Shown here piece after piece: positions 40,081 through 48,966 of a stretch of 64,000 bases of DNA. The notes below the pieces were generated by a model. That model was not told the DNA's origin, did not search any database, and worked only from the letters and a program-made list of their open reading frames with translations. Location of the stretch: positions 71,918 through 135,917 of the forward strand of contig JBMNPB010000003.1 in the NCBI GenBank assembly GCA_050943375.1, read 5' to 3'. The position numbers were made by a program, and so were the translations under genes. How positions within the stretch are numbered: position 1 is the first letter of the stretch; every line of letters begins with the position of its first letter. The DNA is from a bacterium. Lineage in GTDB: Bacteria > Bacillota > SLNR01 > JBMNPB01.

Positions 40081-42831
40081 TTAAGCCCGGCCCCGGGTCG
40101 ACTGCTGCCGCTGCAGATATCCGTTTATCGTATCCGCCACCCAGCTTAACCCGCTGACGCTGGCGGCGGCAAGAATAACCAGCAACCAATCCGCTATTGC
40201 CAGAGGCACAGTATTGAAAACAGACTGCAGAAAGGGAACATAAACAGCGGCGAACAATAGAACATCGGAGACGACAACCGCCGCGACCAGATAAGGATTA
40301 CTGAATAAACCCACCTGCCAGATGAATTGGCTTTCCGAACGGCAGTCGAAAACATGAAAAAGCTGGGCTGTTATCAGGGTTGCGAAAGCCACTGTCCTCG
40401 CTGTGGCCAGATTCTCTCCCGTCGCTGTCAATGTCCAGACAAAGGCACCGAGGGTCGCGACGCTGATTAGAACACCCCGGACGATAATTTTGCGGCTCAG
40501 GCCGCGGGCGAATACACTCTCTCCGCTACCGCGGGGAGGCTGCATCATAATATCGTGGCTGGCCGGGTCGACGCCGAGGGCGATGGCCGGCAGACCGTCC
40601 GTCACCAAGTTCACCCACAGAATCTGGATGGGCAGCAACGGCAAGGGCAGGCGCAGCAAGGCAGCCAGGAACATGGTCAGCACTTCTCCGGTATTGCAGG
40701 AAAGGAGATAACGGATAAATTTGCGGATATTGGCGTAAATCGCCCGGCCTTCCTCCACTGCAGCTACAATCGTGGCGAAATTGTCGTCCAACAGAACCAT
40801 CGAGGAAGCTTCTTTCGTCACATCCGTCCCGGTTATCCCCATCGCGATGCCGATACCGGCTTCCTTGACGGCCGGGGCGTCGTTCACTCCATCGCCGGTC
40901 ATGGCGACAACTTGCCCGTTCGCTTCCAGCGCCTTAACAATTCGGAGCTTGTGGTGGGGCGACACCCGGGCAAAGACACTGGTGCGGGTAACTCTTTCCT
41001 GCAATTCCCCGTCCGGCATTTGTTCCAGTTCCCGTCCGGTCAACACCGTCCCGCCTTCCCGCAGCAGACCGACTTCCCGGGCGATGGCTGCCGCTGTCGT
41101 CGGATGGTCGCCGGTAATCATCACTACCCCGATACCGGCTTCCTGGCATTTCGCTACCGCTTTCTTCACTTCCAGCCGCGGCGGGTCAATCATTCCGACG
41201 AGGCCGTAAAAAACAAGGTCGCTTTCGACCGCCTCCGGCGGAGTGTCCGGCGCTAATTCGCTGACCCGCTTGCCGGCAACAGCCAACACCCGCAAAGCTT
41301 CCCGTGCCATATTCTCATTGGCGGCGAGGATGTTTTGCCGGTCCGCCTCGGTCAAAAGCCGGACGCCTGCCTCGGTTCTGATTTCCCGGCAAAGTTCGAG
41401 AACGATGTCGGCGGCCCCTTTCACGCAGACTATCTGGGTCCCGTCCGTATCGGCGCAGGCGACTGCCATCCGTTTTCGGGTCGAGTCGAAAGGAACTTCC
41501 AGCCGGCGGGGATAGCGTTGTTTCAGCTCATCCTGCCGAATTCCGGCTTTGCCGGCCGCGACGATGATCGCCCCTTCCGTCGGGTCGCCGAGGATCTGCC
41601 AATGCTGCCGCGCCTTCCCTTCGCCGCTGGATATTGTGTCCGCTTTCAGGGCCGCGTTGTTGCATAGTGCGCCATACTCCAACGTTTTCATCAATATCTC
41701 CGCCTCATGGGGCGCAACAGTGTCTTCACCGACTGTAAAAGTGCCTTCGGGAACATAGCCGACCCCGGACACATAATATAAAACTTCGCCTGCGTAAATC
41801 TTGCGGACCGTCATCTTATTTTCCGTCAGAGTACCCGTCTTATCCGAGCAGATAACGTTCGTGCAGCCGAGAGTTTCCACCGCCGGCAGTTTGCGAACCA
41901 GAGCCTTGCGCTTGATCATTCTCTGCACGCCGACCGCCAGGGCGACAGTGACTATCGCCGGCAACCCTTCCGGAATTGCCGCAACAGCCAAGCTGATCCC
42001 CGACATAATCATCGTCATCAGCGGCTCGCCCCGCAACAGCCCGGTCGCGACGACCACGAGGCAGACAAGGATGCAGCCGGCGACAAGCAATTTCCCCAAT
42101 TGTTCCAAACGTTTTTGCAGCGGAGTCATCTCTTCCTTCACAGCCTGAATGAGACCGGCAATCCGGCCCATTTCGGTTTTCATGCCGGTTGCGACCACGG
42201 CTGCCCGGCCGCGGCCGTCCGTCACATTCGTCCCCATGTAAATCATATTCTTCCGGTCGCCGATGGACAAATCACCGCCGGGCAAAGGCAGCGCATGCTT
42301 GCGCACCGCAGTGGACTCTCCGGTTAACATCGATTCGTCCACATTCAGAGAGTTCGCTTCCAGCAATCTGGCATCGGCCGGAATCCGGTCGCCCGCTTCG
42401 AGCAGAAGGATGTCACCCGGCACAAGATCTCTGGCCGCCACCTCGCCGGGCGCCCCGTCCCGGATGACTTTTGCTGTCGGTGCCGCCATTTTTTTCAGAG
42501 CGGCAATGGATTTCTCCGCCCGGTATTCCTGGATGAACCCAAGCACGGCATTCAAGACGATAATGGTCAAAATCGCCACCGTATCGGCAATTTCGCCCAA
42601 AAAGCCCGACAGTACTGCCGCTCCGGCCAACACGAGCACCATGAAATCCTTGAACTGTCCCAAGAACAGCACGAGCGGCGATACGGCCTTCTTCTCAGTC
42701 AGTTCGTTCGCGCCGTATTCCTGTTGCCGCCGCTTTGCCTCCGCGGCACCCAGACCTCCTTCCGGGTCCGTCCGGCATAAGGTACATACTTCGGCATCTT
42801 CCAGGGTATGCCAGATAACATCTGCTGCCAA
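40081..42831 (-). CDS. P-type Ca2+-transporting ATPase (P2A, SERCA/YloB-like)
   Basis: 916 aa with DKTGTLT phosphorylation motif, TGES, MITGDHPTTA, GDGVNDAPA and 10 TM segments. N-terminal cation-ATPase domain. Confidence 0.9.
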   Translation of the reverse strand: MAADVIWHTLEDAEVCTLCRTDPEGGLGAAEAKRRQQEYGANELTEKKAVSPLVLFLGQFKDFMVLVLAGAAVLSGFLGEIADTVAILTIIVLNAVLGFIQEYRAEKSIAALKKMAAPTAKVIRDGAPGEVAARDLVPGDILLLEAGDRIPADARLLEANSLNVDESMLTGESTAVRKHALPLPGGDLSIGDRKNMIYMGTNVTDGRGRAAVVATGMKTEMGRIAGLIQAVKEEMTPLQKRLEQLGKLLVAGCILVCLVVVATGLLRGEPLMTMIMSGISLAVAAIPEGLPAIVTVALAVGVQRMIKRKALVRKLPAVETLGCTNVICSDKTGTLTENKMTVRKIYAGEVLYYVSGVGYVPEGTFTVGEDTVAPHEAEILMKTLEYGALCNNAALKADTISSGEGKARQHWQILGDPTEGAIIVAAGKAGIRQDELKQRYPRRLEVPFDSTRKRMAVACADTDGTQIVCVKGAADIVLELCREIRTEAGVRLLTEADRQNILAANENMAREALRVLAVAGKRVSELAPDTPPEAVESDLVFYGLVGMIDPPRLEVKKAVAKCQEAGIGVVMITGDHPTTAAAIAREVGLLREGGTVLTGRELEQMPDGELQERVTRTSVFARVSPHHKLRIVKALEANGQVVAMTGDGVNDAPAVKEAGIGIAMGITGTDVTKEASSMVLLDDNFATIVAAVEEGRAIYANIRKFIRYLLSCNTGEVLTMFLAALLRLPLPLLPIQILWVNLVTDGLPAIALGVDPASHDIMMQPPRGSGESVFARGLSRKIIVRGVLISVATLGAFVWTLTATGENLATARTVAFATLITAQLFHVFDCRSESQFIWQVGLFSNPYLVAAVVVSDVLLFAAVYVPFLQSVFNTVPLAIADWLLVILAAASVSGLSWVADTINGYLQRQQSTRGRA

Positions 42832-43438
42832 ATCTTCCGCCTCCTTTGTTTACCGACCGGCAAAACAGAAAGACCTTTATTTTACCCCGTCGGTCTGCGA
42901 GGATAAAATAAAGGTCTTGCTCGCAAGGATTATCTCCTTGGTAAGAAAGCGGGCTTTCTGCCGTCCTGACGCCTTCTTCGTCAAACTTTGAGCTACTCCC
43001 CTTTATCACTATTTTGATTATATTTCAGTTTCCGGCTGCTGTCAATCATCCCCCGCATTTCGCCGGTCGGACTTAATCAGACGCATGGCAAGCTGCGGAC
43101 AGCCGGGGGCTGCAATATCAGCACAAGAGGCATTTGTCAGTATCCATGCCAGCCCGGGCGCCGCTCAGCGACAGCGCTTGGTTCGGACGGACGGTGGCAC
43201 ACGGCCCGCAGCCTTACCAAAATGGGTAATTAGCAATTTTTCCGCTTCTTATCCGCCACCCGGAGCAGTTCCAAACGGCCGTCTCAACCGGAATATCGCC
43301 GGCAACCGTCCCGGCGGCAAAGCACCGAAGCGCAATATCGTTGCCTCGCTTCCGGCTCTGCCCAGATTGATTGGCGCCTTCCGCCCCGTCCGCAACTGAT
43401 TCGGCCATCTGTCCGGATAACGGGACAGACAGCTATTT

Positions 43439-43564
43439 GCTGTCTGCCGCTTTCTTCTGATCTTTTTCAAATGTGCCGCCGCCGCAGGCAGCGCATTTTT
43501 TCGGCTTGCAGCGCCCTTCCTTCGTTGCCCCGCAACCGGTGCAGACCCATACCGCCATTCTGCT
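43439..43564 (-). CDS. Unannotated 41-aa double-CxxC zinc-ribbon protein (MAVWVCTGCGATKEGRCKPKKCAACGGGTFEKDQKKAADSK)
   Basis: Translated by hand from the minus strand. It has an ATG start with a perfect RBS (GGGAAGGAGG plus 7 nt) and two CxxC pairs spaced 11 aa apart. It is below the 60-aa cutoff of the ORF track. Confidence 0.5.
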
Positions 43565-43678
43565 GCCTCCTTCCCGTTTTTCTGCATCTCTTTATTCGCC
43601 TTCCCGGCAAAAAACCCTGCCGCCGGCGGAATAATCGCCGGGGTCAGCCGCCCCAGACAAAGCTGGACGGCGGCGGAA

Positions 43679-43888
43679 TTAATCCCCGGCCGCCGCTCCG
43701 TGCGCCCCGGAGTCTCGTTGCCGCGTCTTCAATTCCGCTTCAAGCACGGCGAGCTGCCGGCTGAGTTCAGCTTCCACCTTGCACCATAAGCCGTAACGAA
43801 AGCCGCGGTGCAGCTCGTTTTTTACCCGGCCGTACTCCTCCCGGAGCTTCCGGTCATCCATCGCCGACACCTTTTTCGCATCTTCCAT
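43679..43888 (-). CDS. Hypothetical small coiled-coil protein (69 aa)
   Basis: GGGAGGATGCCTA-ATG RBS. Predicted helical, with an Ala/Gly-rich C-terminus. Confidence 0.45.
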   Translation of the reverse strand: MEDAKKVSAMDDRKLREEYGRVKNELHRGFRYGLWCKVEAELSRQLAVLEAELKTRQRDSGAHGAAAGD

Positions 43889-43957
43889 TAGGCATCCTCC
43901 CGCATATTTTCCGGCCGGCGCTTCTTTTGCCGCCCACTTGAGCGGGCGCTCCGCTGC

Positions 43958-44158
43958 TCACCTGACTAAGTCATGGAAAGACGCAATCTCATCATCGGGC
44001 GCCTGCCGCAGTTTATTCTCCAAATTGAGCAGCATCTCCCCGCTGATGCCACCGTCGTAATCCGTCAGGGCGCGGCGGCAGATTACCCGCGACGCCTGTG
44101 ATTCATGATACCTTCCGACAAAATCGACAATAGCGGCGATTTGCTTTTCCCGTTCCAT
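43958..44158 (-). CDS. Hypothetical small protein (about 66 aa, MEREKQIAAIVDFVGRYHE...)
   Basis: GGGAGGATGAAC-ATG RBS. The ORF-track N-terminus was trimmed to the Met with proper spacing. Confidence 0.45.
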   Translation of the reverse strand: MEREKQIAAIVDFVGRYHESQASRVICRRALTDYDGGISGEMLLNLENKLRQAPDDEIASFHDLVR

Positions 44159-44297
44159 GTTCATCCTCCCGTTTTCATTATTCTCCTGCAATTTTGCGCG
44201 AGGGAGGGACAATCTATGCGCCGGCGAAATAAATTATTAACTTGTTGCATAATCATATTAGAAGGCTTTGTTACTTCCCGTTAAGGAGGAAACCCGG

Positions 44298-45665
44298 ATG
44301 CCTTTCCTGCCGCCTGCCCTAACCCGAAAAATCCCGGCCGGACCGCTGCGCCAATTCAGCTTTTTCCTGCTGTTTACCTTGGTCGTCTTCTATACCGTAA
44401 TTGTCGCGTCCGCCTCAACCCGTCTCCGTTATCAATTGCACATCGGTAATGTGGACGTCGGATATCTGACCCCTGAGCAAGCAGTCCGGCGGCTGAGCCG
44501 TGTTTACGCTCCGGCTGCCGGACTGCCTCTGACCCTGACTTACGAAGGGGGCATGGTCAGCGCTCCGCCATCCGCCCTCGGCCTGAGAATTGATTATGAA
44601 CGGGCCGTCGCCGCTGCTTTTGCGGTAACCCAGGAAAAACGCTGGAACATTCTTTTCCGGCCTGTTGCCCTGCCGCTGCCGGTCACAGTTGATCACAGCG
44701 TGTTCCGGCGTTTCATGCAGCCGATCGCGGCTGCCTGCGAAACGGAACCCCGGGATGCGGTCGCCATTATTGCCGGTGACACCTGGACGATTGCTCCGGC
44801 CAACGACGGCCGGGGAATTGCCTACAATGCTTTGGCCGCTTCCCTGCAGTCAGCCGTACTCGCTCCGGCCGGGCGCACAGTTTCCATACCTCTTCTGACC
44901 TTGCCACCCCGGGTCACGGCGGAAGAACTTGCCGCCCGGGGCGCCCGGTCAATCCTAAGCAAATTCCGCACTTACTTTAACGAAAAAGACGTCAACCGCA
45001 GCAGCAATATCCGGGTTAGCTGCGAAGCACTCGTAGCTTATTGGGTTGAACCGGGCGGGGTTTTCTCTTATAATGCGGTTACCGACCGAAGCGCCAACAT
45101 TCACCGTTATAAAGAAGCCAAAGTATACGAGCAAGGCCGGGTCGTGTCCGGCGTCGGCGGCGGGGTCTGCCAAGTCAGTAGCACCTTGTACAATGCCGCC
45201 CTCCTCGCCGGGCTGGAAATTACCGAAAGACACCCGCACAGTCTGACCGTCCCTTACATCGCTCCGGGCCGGGATGCGACAGTATCAGACGGCGTCGCCG
45301 ACCTGAAGTTCAAAAACAATACCGGCCATTATCTTCTGATTGCCGTGACGGCCGAAAACGGTACTCTGACTGCCCGTTTCTTCGGACAGGCAGCCGAGCC
45401 GCAGGAAATCATAATCAGAACGGCAGTCGTCCGCGAAATACCGCCGCCGGTTCACAGCATCAAAGACACTAATCTGGCCGAAGGTGAACAAAAAACGGTT
45501 CAGGCCGGAAAAAAAGGGTGTCAGGTCAAAACATGGCGGATCATAAAAAAAGACGGGAAAGAAATCTCCCGAGCACTGCTATCCGTCGACACTTATCAGC
45601 CGCTGGAGGCAGTAGTCCGCGTCGGCACCCGGCCGACGGGTGCCGACGTCAAGCCGGCCGGTTAA
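44298..45665 (+). CDS. VanW family protein with C-terminal G5 domain
   Basis: N-terminal TM segment. VanW core (GVFSYNAVTD...VGGGVCQVSSTLYNAALLAGLEITERHPHS). G5-like C-terminus. RBS AAGGAGGAAACCCGG-ATG. Confidence 0.75.
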   Translation: MPFLPPALTRKIPAGPLRQFSFFLLFTLVVFYTVIVASASTRLRYQLHIGNVDVGYLTPEQAVRRLSRVYAPAAGLPLTLTYEGGMVSAPPSALGLRIDYERAVAAAFAVTQEKRWNILFRPVALPLPVTVDHSVFRRFMQPIAAACETEPRDAVAIIAGDTWTIAPANDGRGIAYNALAASLQSAVLAPAGRTVSIPLLTLPPRVTAEELAARGARSILSKFRTYFNEKDVNRSSNIRVSCEALVAYWVEPGGVFSYNAVTDRSANIHRYKEAKVYEQGRVVSGVGGGVCQVSSTLYNAALLAGLEITERHPHSLTVPYIAPGRDATVSDGVADLKFKNNTGHYLLIAVTAENGTLTARFFGQAAEPQEIIIRTAVVREIPPPVHSIKDTNLAEGEQKTVQAGKKGCQVKTWRIIKKDGKEISRALLSVDTYQPLEAVVRVGTRPTGADVKPAG

Positions 45666-45988
45666 TCGGCATCGGCTTCCGCCGAGTTGCCGTCCCAAGC
45701 CTCATCTTCATCTGATATATCATTATCTCTGGTGCGGCGTTTGCCCCGCGACCCCGCTCCCAATTCCCGCAGATTGACTTCAAGGGCCGTTTCAAACGCC
45801 TTAATTTTTTTAATACTGTCTTCCCGAAGCGTTTTTTCGCTGTTATACTGCAAAATCCACTTCTCTTCCCGCCGGGTACGGTTAAGTTCGCCGGAAAGCT
45901 TCAGTCCATTCCAGATCTCCGTTTCCAACCGGGCAATGGCGGCTGCGTCATGCCGGCCCGCATCAAACACAACAACCAAATTCTGCAT
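45662..45988 (-). CDS. Hypothetical acidic protein (108 aa)
   Basis: ORF with an Asp/Glu-rich C-terminal tail and no recognised family. Convergent with vanW. Confidence 0.4.
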   Translation of the reverse strand: MQNLVVVFDAGRHDAAAIARLETEIWNGLKLSGELNRTRREEKWILQYNSEKTLREDSIKKIKAFETALEVNLRELGAGSRGKRRTRDNDISDEDEAWDGNSAEADAD

Positions 45989-46245
45989 CGTCCGTCCCCC
46001 ATTATTTATTTCAATTCATACTTATTATAACAAAATATAACGGTAATAAACAGAGAGCAATGATATTTCCTGATATTTTCGCGGCTTGGCTGCATAATCG
46101 TGACAAACAAGGGAATAATATTTTGGATAACCGTGAAATGAACCGCGTATAATAGAGATGCTGAAATTTTCTCCGCCACGACGATCATATTCTTTAGGTA
46201 ATTCTCAGCAGACAGATGCAGCAAACTTTCCAGGAGGTGAGCAAT

Positions 46246-46479
46246 GTGGCGAAAGGAAGCTCCAATGTCGGCAGAAAGGTTGTACCGCAAGCTCATAAAG
46301 AACTTGACAATATGAAATACGAAATTGCCGCCGAACTCGGCATTCCAGTCCAGCAAGGCTCGGAGGATTACTGGGGTGACATCCCGGCCCGTCAGTGTGG
46401 GGCGGTCGGCGGTCAAATGGTCAAACGATTAATTGCCATGGCCGAGACAAGTCTGGCGCAAGGCAAGCAAACAAATTAA
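46246..46479 (+). CDS. Alpha/beta-type small acid-soluble spore protein (SASP)
   Basis: KVVPQAHKELDNMKYEIAAELGI...GAVGGQMVKRLIAMAE parallels the SASP consensus (LVVPGA..A.DQMKYEIASEFGV...GSVGGEITKRLV). GTG start at 46246 lies 6 nt after AGGAGG. Confidence 0.8.
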   Translation: MAKGSSNVGRKVVPQAHKELDNMKYEIAAELGIPVQQGSEDYWGDIPARQCGAVGGQMVKRLIAMAETSLAQGKQTN

Positions 46480-46484
46480 CGCCG

Positions 46485-46550
46485 CCTGCTTTCAGTCCAG
46501 CAGGAATGGAACGGCCGACCGGCCGTTCCATTCCTGCTTAATGGTATTTT
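46485..46550. terminator. Bidirectional terminator region between the convergent SASP and cuAO-N-like genes (two hairpins, one a perfect 14 bp stem GGAATGGAACGGCC/GGCCGTTCCATTCC)
   Basis: Inverted repeats read directly; a T-run follows on the plus strand. Confidence 0.5.
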
Positions 46551-47338
46551 TCCCAGATAATCCGCCAACCGTTACCCGTCCTGGCAAGACCGGCAAGAAG
46601 ACGGCCTTCCGCCGGGGGGACGCCCAGCGTCACGTAGGCATATGTAACTTCTACGGTCGCAGTCAGCGGATTTTTTTGCACAACCCTGCCGGCCAGAAAA
46701 GAAAAGGCACCATAATCGGTCGGTCCTACCCGGACATAGTCCCAGACTGAGGCCGTTGTCGCCGTAAGCAAGTCGCCGGTGTAATAAAATGCTAACTTTT
46801 TATGAATTTCCTCCGGTGTCCGCTGGCGAAAGATTTCCGGCAGGTCCGCGTACAGTTCCCTCAGCAAACTAAACAGAGTATCGTCCGTCGGGCCGGTATC
46901 ACTGAGCAATGGTCCGATGATCGCCGTCCGGGCCGGCTCATCCCAATGCACAAATTCTCCCAGCATCTCCCCTACCGCCCGCAGGGGGATATAAATTTTG
47001 CCGTCCGCGAGACAAGGTGGCGGCGACAGCAGATAAGCATTTCCCCCAAGCATGGCTTTGCCGCTGCGCAGATAAAGCAACACCTCCCGGTCTTCTTGTC
47101 TGACCGCGGCGCATTGCTCCGCTTCATCCCATTCAACTGCCCAGCCAGCCATTTGGGCAGCGGCGCGCAAAGGAATAAGAAGATGGTTGTTTATTACGAT
47201 GACTTGCCCTTCTGCCAGCGGCTCGCCCAGGATAATTACAGTCACTTCCCCGGCTGGCATCGCCGCGGCAGCACCAATGGCCGGCAAGCAAAGAACGATG
47301 ATAATTACGACTGCCCAGAACTGTTTGCATGGACGCAA
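46538..47338 (-). CDS. Secreted copper amine oxidase N-terminal-domain-like protein
   Basis: Signal peptide, then repeated IPLRAxxxxxG elements (LLIPLRAAAQMAGW, IYIPLRAVGEMLG) typical of Cu_amine_oxidN1 stalk domains. Confidence 0.45.
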   Translation of the reverse strand: MRPCKQFWAVVIIIVLCLPAIGAAAAMPAGEVTVIILGEPLAEGQVIVINNHLLIPLRAAAQMAGWAVEWDEAEQCAAVRQEDREVLLYLRSGKAMLGGNAYLLSPPPCLADGKIYIPLRAVGEMLGEFVHWDEPARTAIIGPLLSDTGPTDDTLFSLLRELYADLPEIFRQRTPEEIHKKLAFYYTGDLLTATTASVWDYVRVGPTDYGAFSFLAGRVVQKNPLTATVEVTYAYVTLGVPPAEGRLLAGLARTGNGWRIIWEKYH

Positions 47339-47592
47339 GCAATCCCCTCCTGTCTAAACAATAATACCATATTTTTACATTTTGGCCAACCCTAGCTGTC
47401 GCCCTTTTTCGACTAACTTAATTGACTGTATAATGTGATAGTTGCGACAGCCGGGGCGACGGCAGGAAAAAGCCAATATTGCGCGAAATGGTATTATGTT
47501 CGCTGTTGCGAAAATTCCGACAACCAAGCCGCGGCGGCCGGTGAATAAACAGCGCAGCCACCCAGCCTTACCATCGCATTGGAGATGATGAT

Positions 47593-48633
47593 ATGGAGAT
47601 TACTTTTCGCGACCAGAAGATTTCTTTACCCAAAGTCTTGGGAGTAGTTCTGGCCGTATTATTTCTTTACAAAGTCTCCGATTTGCTGACCCCTTTCTTT
47701 CTGGCCGCTGCTTTGAGTTATTTCCTCTATCCGGTCGTCGAATTCTTCCAACGCCGGAAACTTTCGCGGGTTGCCGCCATTTTGTTCGTATATTTTCTCG
47801 GTTTCGCTTTTTTAGCCCTCATTCTTTTTTTCTTGATCCCGCCGCTCTTTTCCCAATTGTACCGTCTGACCGACACTCTCCCCGAATATTCGATGCAGGT
47901 GCAGCAATTCATCGATTATGCCGAAGCCAGATACGGCCAAATTGATCTGCCGGAAAGTCTCCGCATCACTCTCGACCGGAAAATCACCCAAGGTGAAGCG
48001 TTGTTTCTCACAACGATTGACGGGACGATCGACAACTTCTTCAATCTTTTCCGCAACTTACTGAATTTCATTATCGCTCCCATCTTTTCGTTTTATTTAA
48101 TGAAAGACGCCGATGTCATCCGGAAGAATTTCTACAGCTTATTTCCGGCGAAATTGCGCCCCCGGATCGGCCAGTTGGTTGTCGCCAGCAACCAGGTCAT
48201 GAGTAATTATTTTCGCGGGCAGTTTCTGGTCAGTTTCATCCTCGCCGTCATGACCACAATTACCTATTTAATTATGCGGGTCCCCTTTGCTCTGCTGTGG
48301 GGCGTTATCGCCGGCCTCCTCAATATCATTCCTTATGTCGGTCCGATTGTCGCGGCGATCCCGCCGGCCGCTATCGCTCTTTTTTCCTCCACTCACCTGG
48401 CTGTGGCGGTGATCATCGCCAATATTGTACTCCAGCAAATCGAGGGTTATATTGTCCGCCCCCGAATCATGGAACGCAGCGTCGGACTCCACCCGTTGGT
48501 TATCATTTTTGCTGTCCTGGTCGGCGGAAGATTTTTCGGCCCCTTAGGCATGCTGCTCGCCATCCCCATTGTCGGTATCGGCCGGGTGCTTCTTTTGCAC
48601 AAAGTTCGGGAAATTGTCGCCGAAATGCTATAA
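47593..48633 (+). CDS. AI-2E family transporter (PerM/YtvI-like)
   Basis: 346 aa with about 8 TM segments and the conserved AI-2E C-terminal region (GLLNIIPYVGPIVAAIP...GLHPLVIIFAVLVGG..FG.LGMLLAIP). Confidence 0.75.
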   Translation: MEITFRDQKISLPKVLGVVLAVLFLYKVSDLLTPFFLAAALSYFLYPVVEFFQRRKLSRVAAILFVYFLGFAFLALILFFLIPPLFSQLYRLTDTLPEYSMQVQQFIDYAEARYGQIDLPESLRITLDRKITQGEALFLTTIDGTIDNFFNLFRNLLNFIIAPIFSFYLMKDADVIRKNFYSLFPAKLRPRIGQLVVASNQVMSNYFRGQFLVSFILAVMTTITYLIMRVPFALLWGVIAGLLNIIPYVGPIVAAIPPAAIALFSSTHLAVAVIIANIVLQQIEGYIVRPRIMERSVGLHPLVIIFAVLVGGRFFGPLGMLLAIPIVGIGRVLLLHKVREIVAEML

Positions 48634-48713
48634 ATAAAAAACGCCTCCCTCCGGGCATTTTTCCCTGACACTGCGCACATAATAAGGGCAAAACCATTAC
48701 AAGGAGGGATGAA

Positions 48714-48926
48714 ATGCCGAAGCAAAAGAAAAAAGGCACCGGACGGCAATTGGACAAATTGAAACAGGAAGTTGCGGAAGAATTGCATTTGGACGACGAT
48801 ATCGCCAAACGTGGCTGGGGAAATATGACTACCCGGGAAGCCGGTAAAATCGGCGGCAACATGACCCGCAAAATGGTCAATTACGCCGAAAAGAAAATGA
48901 ACGAACAAGACAATCCGAAAAAATGA
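48714..48926 (+). CDS. Alpha/beta-type SASP-like small acid-soluble spore protein (divergent)
   Basis: 70 aa. KQEVAEELHLDDD...GKIGGNMTRKMVNYAEKKM parallels the SASP DNA-binding core (GGEITKRLV). Strong RBS AAGGAGGGATGAA-ATG. Confidence 0.65.
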   Translation: MPKQKKKGTGRQLDKLKQEVAEELHLDDDIAKRGWGNMTTREAGKIGGNMTRKMVNYAEKKMNEQDNPKK

Positions 48927-48966
48927 AAGAGGACCCGCCGATACGGGTCCTCTTTCATTATTTTAG
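48926..48966. terminator. Bidirectional rho-independent terminator (AAAGAGGACCCGccgataCGGGTCCTCTTT followed by CATTATTTT)
   Basis: Perfect 12 bp stem between the convergent SASP (+) and moeB/thiF (-) genes. Confidence 0.6.

Noticed and set aside
43085-43399. 104-aa plus-strand ORF in the ATPase leader
   Set aside because: Ala/Pro/Arg/Gly low-complexity translation with no RBS; typical spurious ORF in GC-rich non-coding DNA.
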